A stretch of DNA of 34,136 nt from Chiloscyllium plagiosum (Eukaryota): the NCBI RefSeq assembly GCF_004010195.1, contig NC_057718.1:56663544-56697679 (forward strand). Reading direction: 5' to 3'. A program made the translations under genes and the position numbers. This document shows, piece after piece, positions 10,125 through 22,986 of the stretch; the first letter of the stretch is position 1; the number at the start of each line of letters is the position of its first letter. The notes under the pieces are model-generated. The model had not been told where the DNA came from. It searched no databases and worked only from the letters and a program-made list of their open reading frames with translations.

Positions 10125-11384
10125 CTATAGGAAAAGCAGATAAACAGTAAAATAAGGGAATGGGCTGGACAGAAAATAGTAGTCCTTTCCGGTAACAGTA
10201 AAAGTGGAAAGCCAGGCTATTTCATGCCAAATGCAGATGTAGAGTAGAATATGCAGGAAGTTAATGTGACTTTATGACATACAACAAATATGACAAGGTA
10301 TTCTGCACACTGTGGAGTAGTCAAGAGCAGAAGGAGCTGAAGTGCATCTGTAATAATTATTCTGTAACTCTGCTTGCTCAAATAGAAACAGTTAGTATCC
10401 ATAAGTAGGAAGAAAAGGTTCATCATTACAACTACCATTGGTATTTAAATGATGTTTTTCAGTCAGGCTTTCTTAATTTTAATTTATTGGAGTTTTGTTT
10501 CTTAAATATATATTCAATGAGTATCAACATGTTACACTTGGACGTAAGTTCATTAAGAAGAGCAATTTCTGTGTTAAAAAAAAAGTCCTCAACCTATCCC
10601 ATTCCTCTTAAGCTAGAAACAAATTATTGTCCAAATCATAACCATAAAACGACCCTATCAATGAATTTGGGGAAGGGTGCCTCTTCATTGTCCTGATGAA
10701 AATTTGAAAGCAAATGCTAGTTGAGATAATAAATTGTACTGTGATGCCTTAGCTACAGAAGTAGTACCTGTTTACAACAGTGGACTCTTCTAAATCTAAA
10801 GTGTCACAGATCACCAAGTTTCTGAACAACATCTATTAGAAACTTGCTCCTAATTTCAACATTTGCAACTTAGTTCAGAAATTATTAAAGGAGTAAGGCA
10901 TGTGTTCACTATTGCAGGGTTGAGCAAAAATCCCCATCATCTAAAATACTGGACAAAACACATACTTTTCAAAACTTTTAAAAGGTAAACGGCAGCTGGA
11001 ATGAGTTACGTGGAGTATACACAATCACAATCCTTAGAACTGATGGCTGTCTGAAACTATTGCTCAGCCTGGAATTCCAATTTACACCTCTCTAAAAGAA
11101 CAATAATTGAAACAGCCAGAGACAACTTCTAGATCTTGGGATATGCAGCACAGACTGTATGGGGCCTATGGAGAGCTCAGACATTCAACTTCAATTGAAA
11201 CCCATTCACATATACAGTGAATGTTTGGGAAACCAATTGACTTCAAAAGGAAACACCAGAAACACAATAAACAACACAGATTTGAAGGGAGATAATGGGG
11301 CAAACAGTCTGTATAACTGCCAGCCTTGATCTCACCTGGATGAGAGAGCTTTAAATTGGCCGTAGCGGTCAGGTATGTAAACAA

Positions 11385-11517
11385 TAGGTGCATTAGTCAG
11401 GGGTAAATGTAGAGTAATAGGGTAGGGAATGGGTCTGGGTGGGTTACTCTTGGGAGGGTCAGTGTGGACTTGTTGGGCCAAATGGCCTGTTTCTACACTG
11501 TAGGGATTCTATGATTC
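11385..11517 (+). mobile_element. HE1-like SINE 3' fragment
   Basis: gggtcagtgtggacttgttgggccaaatggcctgtttctacactgtag matches the reverse complement of the tail of the SINE at 29777-30091. Confidence 0.75.
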
Positions 11518-12632
11518 AAAACTGTCAAATCCCCAAAGTTCTGACCTCGATAGCAGGGAGCAGAAGGTCAGTAGTGACAGTGCATTGGGATCCCAAGCCT
11601 GATTAAAAGATTCTGTAATTGAAACTGTTGTCTTTTTGTTTTAATACAATAATGTTTAATCTAGCTAATAATGTATTTAATGGTATTACTGTCCTCTGAT
11701 TGACAATTTCCCTGTTTATTGCATTTACCTGTATGTGTTATACTTACCTTCTGCATTGTAAATCAATGCAGAGGTTCTTTTGGCCTGAAACATCTGTCTA
11801 TTGCCCTCTTCATTTCACATTCCTTAAATAAGCCCTGTACCTAGAACCAGGGATGTGGGGATGATTTGAACCACCTAAAAATCAGCAAATAACTGACTAC
11901 AAACCAGAACCCTACACTATCAGCAAAGCAATGACAGGAAAAAAAACTTCGCAACTGCAGAATGTACACTTGAAGATAAACAGAAGATGTATGAATTATG
12001 GATTGAGCGTTTTGTGAGTTTGATTTAATTTTGATGCATATTTTTGCACAGGCAATGGCAGCTCTGAAGTGTATTGTCTGATGTTGGTCACTATGGTAAA
12101 TTGGGGTCCCCTGTAAACCTGCACATTTTAATATTCCATATTTGGTATTTCCTGTGTAGCATGAAACCTTATTGAGTAGTCGTAGTGTTAGAGTAGTAAC
12201 TAGCCTTCCATAAACATAAACAAAATATTTATCAGGTTCCACACTACCAATGAATGCAATGTTTTGAAAATAAGAAGGATTGTTCTTAGAAGCAATGAAA
12301 ACTAACTTTCAAATGGAGGTAAGCAAAGGGACAATGGTCACCTGGCATCATGAGTAGCTAGCTGCCAATTATCAAATGCCGAGAAGTTTTAGACAGGTGA
12401 TTGATACAGCATAGATGGCCAGCCCCCAAAATAAAATATATCAACAAGGATTGATGGTGAGAGATGGTTAGGAGCAAGAAAATCCAGGGAAATGTACTTA
12501 CATCTTCTTGGGAGTAAACCAGGAGCTCCCCTACATCAGCCTGAGGGAAGAACAGAGACAAAGACACTGAAAACCACCAGCCCCGCTTGTACATTCTATA
12601 GGACAGCTTCATGATTGGTGAAGCATTCTCAA

Positions 12633-15157
12633 GGCAAGGTGATGGCCTAATGGTATTATTATTGGACTATTAAACCAGAAACTCAGCTAATGTTCTGGGG
12701 AACCAGGTCTGAATTCCACCAAGGCAGATAGTGGAATCTGAATTCAACAGAAAACAATATCTGGAGTTAAGAAATTACTGATGGCTGTGAAATCATTGTT
12801 GATTGTGGGACAAACCCATCTGGTTCGCTAATGTCCTTCAGGGCAAGAAATCCATCATCCTCACCTGGTCTGGCCTACATGTGACTTTAGAGCTACAGCA
12901 ATTGGTTGACTATCTCCTGACCTATGAAATGGCATAGGAGTTGATACAACTGAATGAATTACTATGAAGTCTCACAAAGAAGTGAAACCAGACGGACTTA
13001 GGCACTGGAAAAGACAACAGCACAAACAGCCTTGTCAACCCTGTAAAGTTCTTCTTACTAACTTCAGGGGCCTGGTGCCAAATTTGGGACACACAGACTA
13101 GTCAAGACTACCCTGACACAGTCATACTTATAGACAAGGAAACCTCCTGCTGATTACCACATACTGTCCACCATTGGCTAATGAATCAGTATTCCTTCAT
13201 GTTGAACAACACTTGGAGATTGCACTGAAGGTGGAAAGGACACTAAATGTTCTTTGGCTATGTGATTTCATTGTCCAACACCAGGAATGGCTTTGCAACA
13301 GCACTACGATTGGATCCTAAAGAATATAGCTGGGTCTCCGCAGATGGTTGGGGAACCAACAAGAGAGAAAAACATTTTGGACGCATCCAGTCAGCCTGTA
13401 GCAAATGTATCTGTCCAGGACCTAATCAGCAAGAGTGCCCATTTGCACAATCTCTGTAATGAAGTCCCATCTTCACTTTAATACACTTCATCATATTGTG
13501 TGACACCATCACCGTACTAAATGGGTCAGACTTTGAACAGATCGAGTAACTCAGGATTGGGCATCCATGAGGTGCTGTGGGCCAAGAACAGCAGAATCAT
13601 ACCCTAACACAATCTGCAACCTCATGGCTCAGCATATCTCCCACTCAGCCATTATATCAAGCCAAGGAATCAATTCTTGTTCAATGGAGAGTGCAGGAGG
13701 GCATGCCAGGAGCAGCACCAGGCATATCTAAAAGTGATATCAACATGGTGAAGATACAACCAGGACTACTTGAATGCCAAACAGCAAGTGACAGACAGAC
13801 CTAAGCAGTCCCAAAACCAACAGATTATACCTAAGCTTTGCCATCCTGCCACATCCAGTCATGAATGCTGGTGGAAGAGGCAGCAACACAAATATTCCCA
13901 TCCTCAATGACGAAGAGCTGAGTATATCAGTGCAAAAAAGGCTGAAGCATTTGTAACAATGTTCAGACAGAAATGATCCATCTCAGCCTCCTCCAGTCGT
14001 CCCCAGCATTACAGATATCAGTCTTCAGCCAATTTGATTCACTCTACATGATATTAAACAGTTGGAGGCACTGGATGCTGCAAAGATTATGGGGCCCTGA
14101 CAACATTCTATCCACATTATTAGAGACTTGTGTTCCAAGTTCAGCAGATATAAGGGAAGGCAAATCTAATGTTGGCCTTGATTTCAACAGGAATGCAATA
14201 TCAAAGTTGTTACAGCTATACAAGGCACTAGTTAGACTACACCTAGAAAACTTTTTCTCCATCATAAAGTCAGAAGTGGGAATGTTTTCCAATGATTGCA
14301 CAATGATCAGCATCATTCACAGCTCCTCAGATACTGAAGCAGTCGATGTTCACAGCTTGTTGCATTTGAACAATGTCCAGGCCTGGGTTGACAAGTGGCA
14401 AGTAACATTTGCGCCATACTAATGCTGGGCAATGACTGACTCCAATAAGAGACAATCTAACCATGCCCCTTGATCTTCAATGCTGTTAACATCACTAAAT
14501 CCCCCACTATCAACATCCTGGGGGTTATCATTGACCAGAAACTCAACTGCAGTCACCATGTAAATACAGCAGCTCCAGGAGTAGGTCAGATGCTACGAAT
14601 ACTGCAGCAAATAACTCACCTCTGACTCCCAAAAGACTCTCTACCATCTACGAGGCACTAGTCAGGAGGGTGATGGAATATTCCCCACTTGCCTAGATGG
14701 GTATAGTTCCAACACCACTCAGGAAGCTTGACAATATCCAGCACAAAGCAGCCTGTTGGACAGACTTTATATCCACAAGCATCCATTCCCTCTACCATTA
14801 ACACGGAGTAATAGCAGTACGTACAATAAACAAGATGCATTGCAGAAACTCACCAAAGATCCTTAGACAGGACCTTCCAAACCCAGCACCACTTCCATCT
14901 AGAGGGACAAGGCCAGCAGATGTCCGCAAAGTTTCCCTCCAAGCCAGCCACCATGCTGTCATGGAAAAAAATCAGCGATCCTTCACTGTTGTTGGATCAA
15001 AGTCCTGGAACTCCCTTCCTAAAGGCATTATGGATCTACTTATAGCACATGGACAGTGCTTCACGAAGGCACACGAGCTCCACATTCTCAAGGACTAGGG
15101 ATATGCAATAAATATTAGCCAGCCAGAAAAGCCCATGTCTCATGAGTGAATAAAAAT
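12633..15157 (+). mobile_element. Internally deleted LINE (CR1/L2 group; APE+RT) with a tRNA-derived SINE-like 5' head
   Basis: A-box tggcctaatgg (12643-12653) and B-box-like ggtctgaattcc (12706-12717). APE start LLTNFRGLVPNLG at about 13050; SEVGMFSNDCTM (decayed FADD); WVDKWQVTFAP; INILGVIIDQKLN; VRRVMEYSPLA; 3' tail ...catgagtgaataaaaa. Confidence 0.8.
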
Positions 15158-15809
15158 AACTATCACACTTAGATACTTCCTTTGCCTAATTACTGATCTA
15201 TCGTAACTAAACTGCTGCTTCTTAATGAACTGTCAGAAAATTGCTACATGTCACTGACTGCCTATTTAAGGTAACTGATCATGAAACCTCCAAAATCAAC
15301 ACTGGAAAGACCATACATCAACAAGTTTACACTGGAGAACCATTAGTCGTACAAGATCTGTGCTTGGAGAGGTAACATTTTATGAAAAATTTAAAGCATT
15401 AAAAAAATCATGCTAGTTAAGAAAGGCATAAAGTTGGACTTTGGAAGTGTCAAACAATTGACAGGAACATATATTGTCTGAGATGCAGCCTAGTAAGCTA
15501 GACTAAATGAATTGTGGATCTTGAAACAGAAGAATCAAACTCTTCCAAAAAATGGCAAAGGGAAAATGAGACCTGGTGAAAAATAATCCTTAATTCACAA
15601 ATCATTCATAAAGTATGAAGCATGTGACATAATTTTGAGGTAGAGTGAAGAATTCAAATATTGCTAAACATATTCCAAATTTTTCAAAGAAAAACTCACC
15701 TATTCTGTAAAAACTCTGATGATCTTTAACTCACCCATAAAAGTCCTAAATAAGTCAAAATATTTGTAATCACTTCGGTACAGAGTAGCAGCAACAACTC
15801 AAAGTTGCA

Positions 15810-16093
15810 GATTTCTTTTATCTTTATGGTGTCATGGAAACGTTGCCTATTCCAAATGTTCCTTGAACTGAACATTTCAGAGGATATTTAACAGTCGATC
15901 ACATTTCTGTGGCAGGTTTTCTCTTACTGGATGCAATCAATGACAGTTATCACAGTCATGATCAATGAGATTTTGAACTGCAGATTTATGAACTGAATTT
16001 AAATTCTAGCAGCTGCTATTGTGGGATACAAATCCATTTCACCAGAGCATTAGCTTACTAGTCCAGTGACATTATTATTATGCCCCAGCTCCC
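15810..16093 (-). mobile_element. Old tRNA-derived SINE sharing head and tail with the LINE at 12633-15157
   Basis: Reverse complement reads ...tgtcactggactagtaagctaatgctctgg...gaatttaaattca...acagaaatgtgatcgactgttaaatatcctctgaaatg...caaggaacatttggaataggcaa, collinear with the LINE head and tail. Confidence 0.65.
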
Positions 16094-16124
16094 CTTAAAG
16101 GCACAGATCTGATTCAAAGAGCTA

Positions 16125-16290
16125 AAACAACTAGTAGTAGTTGCCAAAGTCCCAGAGCAAAATAGGGTTGTTCTCATTAGAGAGAGATGAATATTAGTGG
16201 CTTGAACTTAAGGGTCACCATGTGTCAGGCGAGGGGCAAGGTTGAGAAGGTGGAAGCTTCACGACGACCTTAGCCAGGGTGAGAATTAAC
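16125..16290 (-). mobile_element. Probable SINE fragment
   Basis: Resembles a recalled shark interspersed repeat (agggtcaccatgtgtcaggcgaggggcaaggttgagaagg) and ends at a B-box-like remnant. Confidence 0.4.
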
Positions 16291-16297
16291 TGTCTTC

Positions 16298-16870
16298 TAA
16301 GATCTTAATAAAATGGATCAATGGGCTGAAAAATAGCAGATGGGAGTTCACTCTGGATAGATGCGAGCGTTGCATTTTGGTACAACCATAAGTGTAGGGC
16401 TTATACAATGGTAGGGCCTTGGGTAGTGGGGTTCAGGTACATTGTTCCTTAAAGTTTATGTCATATATAGACAGGGTGGTTAAAAAGGTGTTTGGCATGC
16501 TTGCCTTCATTGCTCAGTCTTTGAGTATAGGAGTTCAGAAGTCATGTTGAAGTTGTACAGGACACTGGTGTGGCTTCTTCTGGAATACTGGGTCCAGTTC
16601 TGGTTGCCCAGTTATAGGAATGATATTATTAAGCTGGAGAGGGTTCAGAAGAGACTCACCAGGATGTTGCTGGGTATGGAAAGTTTGAATTATAAAGAAA
16701 GGCTGGATAGGTTGGTACTTTTTTACAATGTTTAAAAGACATTTGAATAAGTACACAGGTAGGAAAGGTATGGAGGTATATGGGCCTGAAGAGGGCAGAT
16801 AGTTTGAGATCATAGTCGGCATGGACTGGCTGGATCAAAGGGTCTGTTTCCATGCTGTATGACTCTATAA
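16298..16870 (+). mobile_element. CR1 LINE 3' fragment (HER1-like)
   Basis: MLKLYRTLVWLLLEYWVQFWLPSYRNDIIKLERVQKRLTRML; tail gggtctgtttccatgctgtatgactctat. Confidence 0.85.
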
Positions 16871-17749
16871 GCGCAAGTGGTTAACTCTTACAGCCCCCCT
16901 CCCTGAAGATGGGTATTTTGAACATGCCCTCAGGGATGAATCTCTGGCTAAATGCCATGGCTTTTTTTTGGGCTAAATTTTCATTGTGTTTCATAGAGGG
17001 TTTCTCTCTATGAGGCCTACTGGGGTTTTTCTTTTGCATGGATGTCTCAGATGCACCTCATTAGCCACCTACCACTTTTGGGAACATGGAATAGATAAGC
17101 ACCTCTGTGAATGCTGTCATTTTGGAAGCCTGGTCTTGACCCTGGTCAAGCATTGGCAGTCTGGAGTTGCCTTCACATGCAAGGTAGTGGCACAGCAGCC
17201 ATAGCCCAATGCTTCTGACAGCACAGAGGTGACACAGCAGACAGTGTCTTGCACATGTGATTCCACAGTGCAACCCCAAATCGCTGTTTAAGTACCAGGC
17301 TACACACTTTACCATTTTGTAATCACATCTAAACTCACAATCCTCTCAAAGCCACTACTACTCTGTCCCCAAAGACCACTGCCGCCCAGCATCACACCAT
17401 TGTTCAATGTCAGGCCATTGCATAAAGGAAGGCCTTCATTTGATGTATAATATTAACTTTTATTTACAGGAACCAGCACATCAAACATAAATCAAATCAA
17501 CAGAGGCTGCATTTCTCCCCCTCCCCTCTCCCAGCACACAAACTGCTTCAAGCAACAAGAGTTTTACAGTCACTCAACCCAGCTCTCATATACTGGATCT
17601 GGTGTCAATTAAGTCCTATATGGTATGTAGCATCCCACAAAGCTGTGCTCTGTCATGCACAAGGGATTGTTTCTCCTTCTCAACATTCTCATTCTTCTCC
17701 TTAGAAATTTGCTATCGCTCTCCCAGTTCCTCAACATTCATCACATTCC

Positions 17750-18765
17750 CTAGTTGTCTGCATCATATGTGCAGACAGCACAACATGCTAGGATTATGCA
17801 GTACACTCTGTCTAGAGTAAATGCAGAGCCCCATTATACTAGTCCAAGCAGTGAAACCGCATCTTCAGTAGACCAATCACCTGCTCTATTGTGGCCTTGG
17901 TTAAAAAAAACGGGCTGCACTGCACCTCTGCTCCACAACGTCAGGGGGGCCTGCATAACAAAGCCATTAGCCATGTTTGCACAGGTTAGCCCTTGTCCCC
18001 TAATAACCAGCCTTGTAGGCATCTGGACTCTCAAACACAGTAGGAACAGAAGAGTTCTCCAGAATGTAGAGTTGTGGCAGATCCCAGCTTACTGAGCACA
18101 GACAAAGTGATACTGGTGATCACAGATCACTTGCACATTAATGGAATAGAATTCCTTCTATTGGATGAACGCTGTAGTGTTGTGATATGGTCTACTCACT
18201 GCAATATGCATATGGTCTATTGTGCCATGCATTTGGGGAAAGCCAGCAATGTTGCTGAAACTTACTATCCAGGCTGTAGCACTGACACTGTCACAGGGAA
18301 ATGAGATGTAGAGGTGTAATCTTGCGCAGATGGCATTGGTGATGCACTTGTGGAGGATAATTGAGAGATCCTACACAGGTCCCCTTTTGCTCTCTGGAAG
18401 GAGCCAGTTGCAGAAACATTCAACATAGCTGATACATTGACAGCTACCAGGCCAGGACAGCCACCCATTTGACAGGTTGCATATCCCACTGCAGCAGCCG
18501 CATTGCTCACTCATCACATTTTGGGATATCCAGAGCTGTGGTTACAAGGACAAAATTGGGCATCAAGCAGTAACGACTCTGGTACTATGCTGCTTCTGAT
18601 GAATCCTGATATGTCCTTCAACTGTGATCTCTTCATTTAGTGGAGGCTGTTTGGCTTCTGCTACAGGTTGCTGCTTCTCTGGGGCTTGTTAGCACATTGA
18701 TTCCTCCTCCATCTCTGTGATGTTGTTACATGGAAGCAATCACAACATTCAATGTTTGGGTCCAT
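17750..18765 (-). pseudogene. Harbinger/HARBI1-like DDE transposase pseudogene
   Basis: Across frameshifts: VAVNVSAMLNVSATGSFQRAKGDLCRISQ; FSNIAGFPQMHGTIDHMHIAV; KEFYSINVQVICDH; WLLGDKG*PVQTWLM; GLLKMRFHCLD. These match the Harbinger GFP..GAIDCTH / KGFHSINVQ / LLGDKGYPL motifs. Confidence 0.88.
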
Positions 18766-19320
18766 TGGTTATGCTGGCACGCACCTGTATTAGGAACAAA
18801 AGGAACAGAAGATGTGCTTTTCAATGGAAATAGTCAACAGCCAAATCCTTTACAAATGGAAGCTTAACATGCTCCATCATAGAGTCTGATATTTTGCATT
18901 CTGATGACAGCAATGAATGACCCATTCACCATTTTGACATTGAACCTTATTTCAACAAGTCATGATACAAAGATAACAGCAGATTGTAAGCGTTGTATGG
19001 GCATTTATACCTATCTCTCTCAACCCCAAATTAATCACGACACGCATATTTGCATATGAGTCTTCCATTATACTTACAGTACAGGTGGAGATGTAATCAG
19101 TTCTGTACTCCTTGTCATCCTAGGACGTCTTGCCTTAGCTGTATACAAGATGGACTGCAGATGCCTCTTTTAAGGTCACCTATGATCACACTGTCTTCAC
19201 AGAAATGTGTACCTGCAATTTGGAAGGACCACTAACATGGCTGACTAGTTATAACCAGCATTTGAATCCCACATCCTATAATGAATGTATTACACATGCA
19301 TGATATGATTGCAAATGATT

Positions 19321-19450
19321 GAGGAGAAAGTGAGGTCTGCAGATGCTGGAGATCAGAGCTGAAAATGTGTTGCTGGAAAAGCGCAGCAGGTCAGGCAGCA
19401 TCCAGGGAACAGGAGAATTGACGTTTCGGGCATAAGCCCTTCTTCAGGAA
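19321..19450 (-). mobile_element. Short Penelope pseudo-LTR insertion with a hammerhead ribozyme core
   Basis: Minus: CTGAAGA-A-GGGC TTAT GCCC-GAAAC-GTC; homologous to the 3' ends of the PLEs at 30608 and 32917. Confidence 0.85.
19417..19450 (-). ncRNA. Minimal type I hammerhead ribozyme motif
   Basis: Intact CUGANGA and GAAA boxes, 4-bp stem II, palindromic ACGU stem III, GUC cleavage triplet; stem I is weak. Confidence 0.7.
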
Positions 19451-21026
19451 CCTTGATGCAAACTTGAACTCTGCATGTGCACGAAAGATGCAACTGCCCC
19501 TTGAAGGATTTCTCGTAAAGTGCAGAAGTGGAACCCATGGTTTTTGGACACAATATGGAGACCTACTCCACTCATTCTAAGCATGGACCAAGCCACCTTC
19601 CATTCAAAAGACCACTATTAGCAATTGGCAGACCATGGAGGGCAACGTAGGTCATGCTGGCACCATCAGCAGTAGACTAATGATGGTCCTGAGCAGCTGT
19701 AATGTGTCAGATGTCAGTGTTCATGGATGGGAGTTGAGAGTTACCAGTGCCAGGGACTGTGTCTGAGAAATTAATACCAGGTGTCCAAGGTAGTGGTCCG
19801 AGGAGCATGCAGTGAGCTGGAGTCGCAGATACCCAAGACTTTCATATTGGGAGTTCTTGGTGTTTTGTTTCTATTCAATGGGTGATAGAATAGAAAGCTG
19901 CATATTAATTAAGTAAAATTTGGTGTTAATGAGGACAATAACAAGTAATAATCCTGGTTAAAAGACACTTTGCATTTGTAAAGCAAGAATCGCATCTCAA
20001 TGCCTTAGACAATAAAAAAATGCAAGTTGGTGCACCCGATGCCAAGAAAAGCTCACTGGAATTCTTGTATGATTCTCTCAGATTTCTCACCACAGCTTAA
20101 GATTCTCCCAGCAGTGTACTTCAACAGTCACCATCTTTCTCATATGGAAAGGACCCCTCTCCCCACTACAGATAGGTTAATATCTGTTGTTGCATACATG
20201 GGTGTCTGGCTCTGATGGCCACACAGTCTTCCATTTCTAGCAAAATTTCATGGAGGCTGGAACACGTCGGGCTGCTGATCTGACCCCTCATTTGCAAACC
20301 TGCTTCCGGTTCAATTTTCAAAGCTTCCTCTGTTCAGCCGAGAGGATTCCACCCTGTATTTCATATGGGACGTATCTGACTAAAACCTTGGAAAAATGGA
20401 AATATAAATACTCGAACAAAGATGTCATAACTCCTCAGTCCACAAGTAACATCTAATTAAAATTATATTGCAAAATATTTGAAGTTTGTTCTAAATGTAC
20501 TGACACTTCAACCACAGATTGATTAAATTATTTCTATTAATGTGATTAGTTAAATCATTAAACAGCTGACTGTTTTAGCTTACGGTTAAAAAATGCATTA
20601 AAAATATTTTTAATAGACTTTCAAAATAAAGGATACATTAATTTAAATGTAAGTAATTTGGTTTGAAGTTTAGTTACTTTTTATAATCAGTCTTGCTATA
20701 AATTCTTATACTGTTATAGCTTATACTTGCTGTGAGAAAACAGGATAAACCAGCTCTGTTGACTATTTCAGAATCTAACGTTAATTGGTTGGTGTTTTGT
20801 CGAAATGGATGTCACAATAGAATACATAAAAGTTGGAAAATGCTTGGCAAAGCAATTCAGCAATCAAGAACAGTGAAGGTATTATAAAAACAAAAACACA
20901 ACAGAGCAATAAAGTTTGTGAAAATCAATCAAAAAATCATGTCAAATGCAAGCCAAACATAATACCACAAAGACAAATGTAATATGATGCAACTTATTTT
21001 AAACGCTATATCTACATAATGGTTAC

Positions 21027-21101
21027 CTCGACTTCTTGAACCAGTGCTACAATTTTCGAAGTTAGGTCCATGAGCTAGCAAATCTTCATTTGAAGCAACA
21101 C
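21027..21101 (-). CDS. CCDC88A: Girdin coding exon (75 nt, phase 1-1)
   Basis: ttctcAG acceptor and GTAACC donor. Translates VASNEDLLAHGPNFENCSTGSRSR vs recalled human TTSFEDISPQGVSDDSSTGSRVH. Same length, position and phase as expected. Confidence 0.85.
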
Positions 21102-21255
21102 CTGAGAATTACATTTTCAGTGAGTAATTTTAAAGAGTTAAAACCTAATCTAAAAGAACTTCTTTTTGTTATTTATTTAAAAAATATGTGAACAAGGGAA
21201 CTACATTTTTGTCAATGCAGCTTTTGCTAATTTTCAAGTTCATTTCACTTAGTCC

Positions 21256-21967
21256 TGTCATAATTCACTGGAGTACTATGGTGGAAATCAGGCACTGCTC
21301 TTACTGAAGTTGTCACTAAAGTTACATTTTTTAAAGAAATGCACAAACTACGCAAATTATCGGTTTCTTAGGTTGACAGAAAACAAGACATGGTTTCTAC
21401 AGCTGGCCTAACCACTGTTTTAAACAAAACAGAATTTATTTATAATTGAACAAATGAGAACAGAATATAGACTAACATAACTTATCTGAAAACCCAAATC
21501 AACTCTATTGCAACTTAATGATGGTGTTTCAAACACTTGTAAGATTCCCATAAACACCCCTTAGCAAAAAAATGGTAAATCAAACACAGGTTCTTACAGA
21601 TAGGTGTCAGAGAGAGGAATGGGGGAGACAGAGAGAGTGTGTGTGAGAGAGAGAGAGAGGGAGTGAGAGAGAGTGAAAGAGAGAGAGCATCAGTATGGAA
21701 CTGCTTCTTTGGGTCCCCAGAAGCTTCTCTGGGTTCCCAGCTTAAACTTGACCAGCAGCTGCAAACAAAAAAGCTGACTAAAACCAAAATCAAACCAAAC
21801 CCTGAATTGGGAGAACTGGCCACCCCCTTTTTATTGTACACGTGTTTTATAAAAAAAGCTTTCTCAAGTAGATAAACACAGACATATCAGAACCTCTGCC
21901 TTTACGACCCCTTTGGAAAATAAAACCAAGGACAACATCACCTTGTTAAAGGAGCAGCATCATCACA
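21256..21967 (-). mobile_element. Solo LTR-like element related to 2065-2703 (boundaries approximate)
   Basis: tgtcat...atcaca ends; shares ctggccaccccctttt, aaccaaggaca and aaggagcagc motifs with 2065-2703; internal GA microsatellite. Confidence 0.5.
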
Positions 21968-22986
21968 CAAGGGCTAATATATTATAGGTAATTATATTCT
22001 ACAGGTATTCAATTAAGTAAGCTGTACAAATTTACAGTTGTTATCCTTTACACACACACACACACACACACAGACAAATTTAAATGGAAAAATAGAATAC
22101 ACAGGTGGAGGGGAAACTGGAAAAATAGTTTCGTAGACTTTGTTCACAAATTCTGTTGGGTGTTTCTTCCTGATTCTGAAGGTTTCTGCTCAACCTTGTT
22201 TTTTCTGAATGCTTCCACTGGTTTGCAAGAGGGACAGAGTTTACTTATAAACGGTCTCTGATTTGTCCAACTCAAAATCACAACTTGTAGCATCTGATGG
22301 AAAGATAAGTTGGTTTTCTCAGGCTTAAAGTGATTTATTGCAGAGGGTTAGGAGAGAATGTTTTTCGTTTTTGCAGGCTTTCTGATTTCTCTTCTAGCCT
22401 GACTAGCTTCGCTCCTTCTTGTTCACAGCCCAAGCTGTTCAGCTAAGTGACAATCAATCAGCGTTACTTGTAAACAACCAGTCAGCTCTAGTTTGCCTGC
22501 ACATTGCTGGAACCGGCAGCAACACAGTGTTCACAATAGGTATCAAATTATTTCCTTTCAAGACATGCAGCCATTGTTGGAAATCATTGGTTTTAAACAT
22601 TTCGGTCAATAAATTTTAAAATAACACAAAAATAAAAATACATGAAAAAATATTCAATAAGTGTATGGAATGGCCTTTCAAAAATGCGTTTCATTACAAA
22701 ACATAGAATCTACAAATAACAAAACACAGGACTTATATCCATTTATCCCTTCTTCCCCATAAGGAAACCGTATACATCTTAAATGTTTTTAAAATATTTC
22801 ATTTACCTCCACATTTCACATTTGGGACAATGCATCCATAATCACATTCTCTTTTCTTGTTCCATAAATAACTTTTTCATTAAATGATCATAATAAGACT
22901 CCATCAATAGTCTCACATTCAAATTTTTAAAAGCTTTTCAATGAAGGGTAGTGGATTATGATCCTTGTTATTGTGTTAGAACACCG

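Larger units (their letters stand above)
16970..20109 (-). mobile_element. Decayed PIF/Harbinger DNA transposon (boundaries tentative)
   Basis: Contains a Harbinger transposase remnant; imperfect GGG-starting inverted ends gggctaaatttt (16970) and aagattctccc (20109); no TSD seen. Confidence 0.5.

Noticed and set aside
16944..16961. Minus-strand AMAFS peptide resembling Girdin ELGAMAFST
   Set aside because: Wrong order relative to the identified exons, no splice sites and no extended match.
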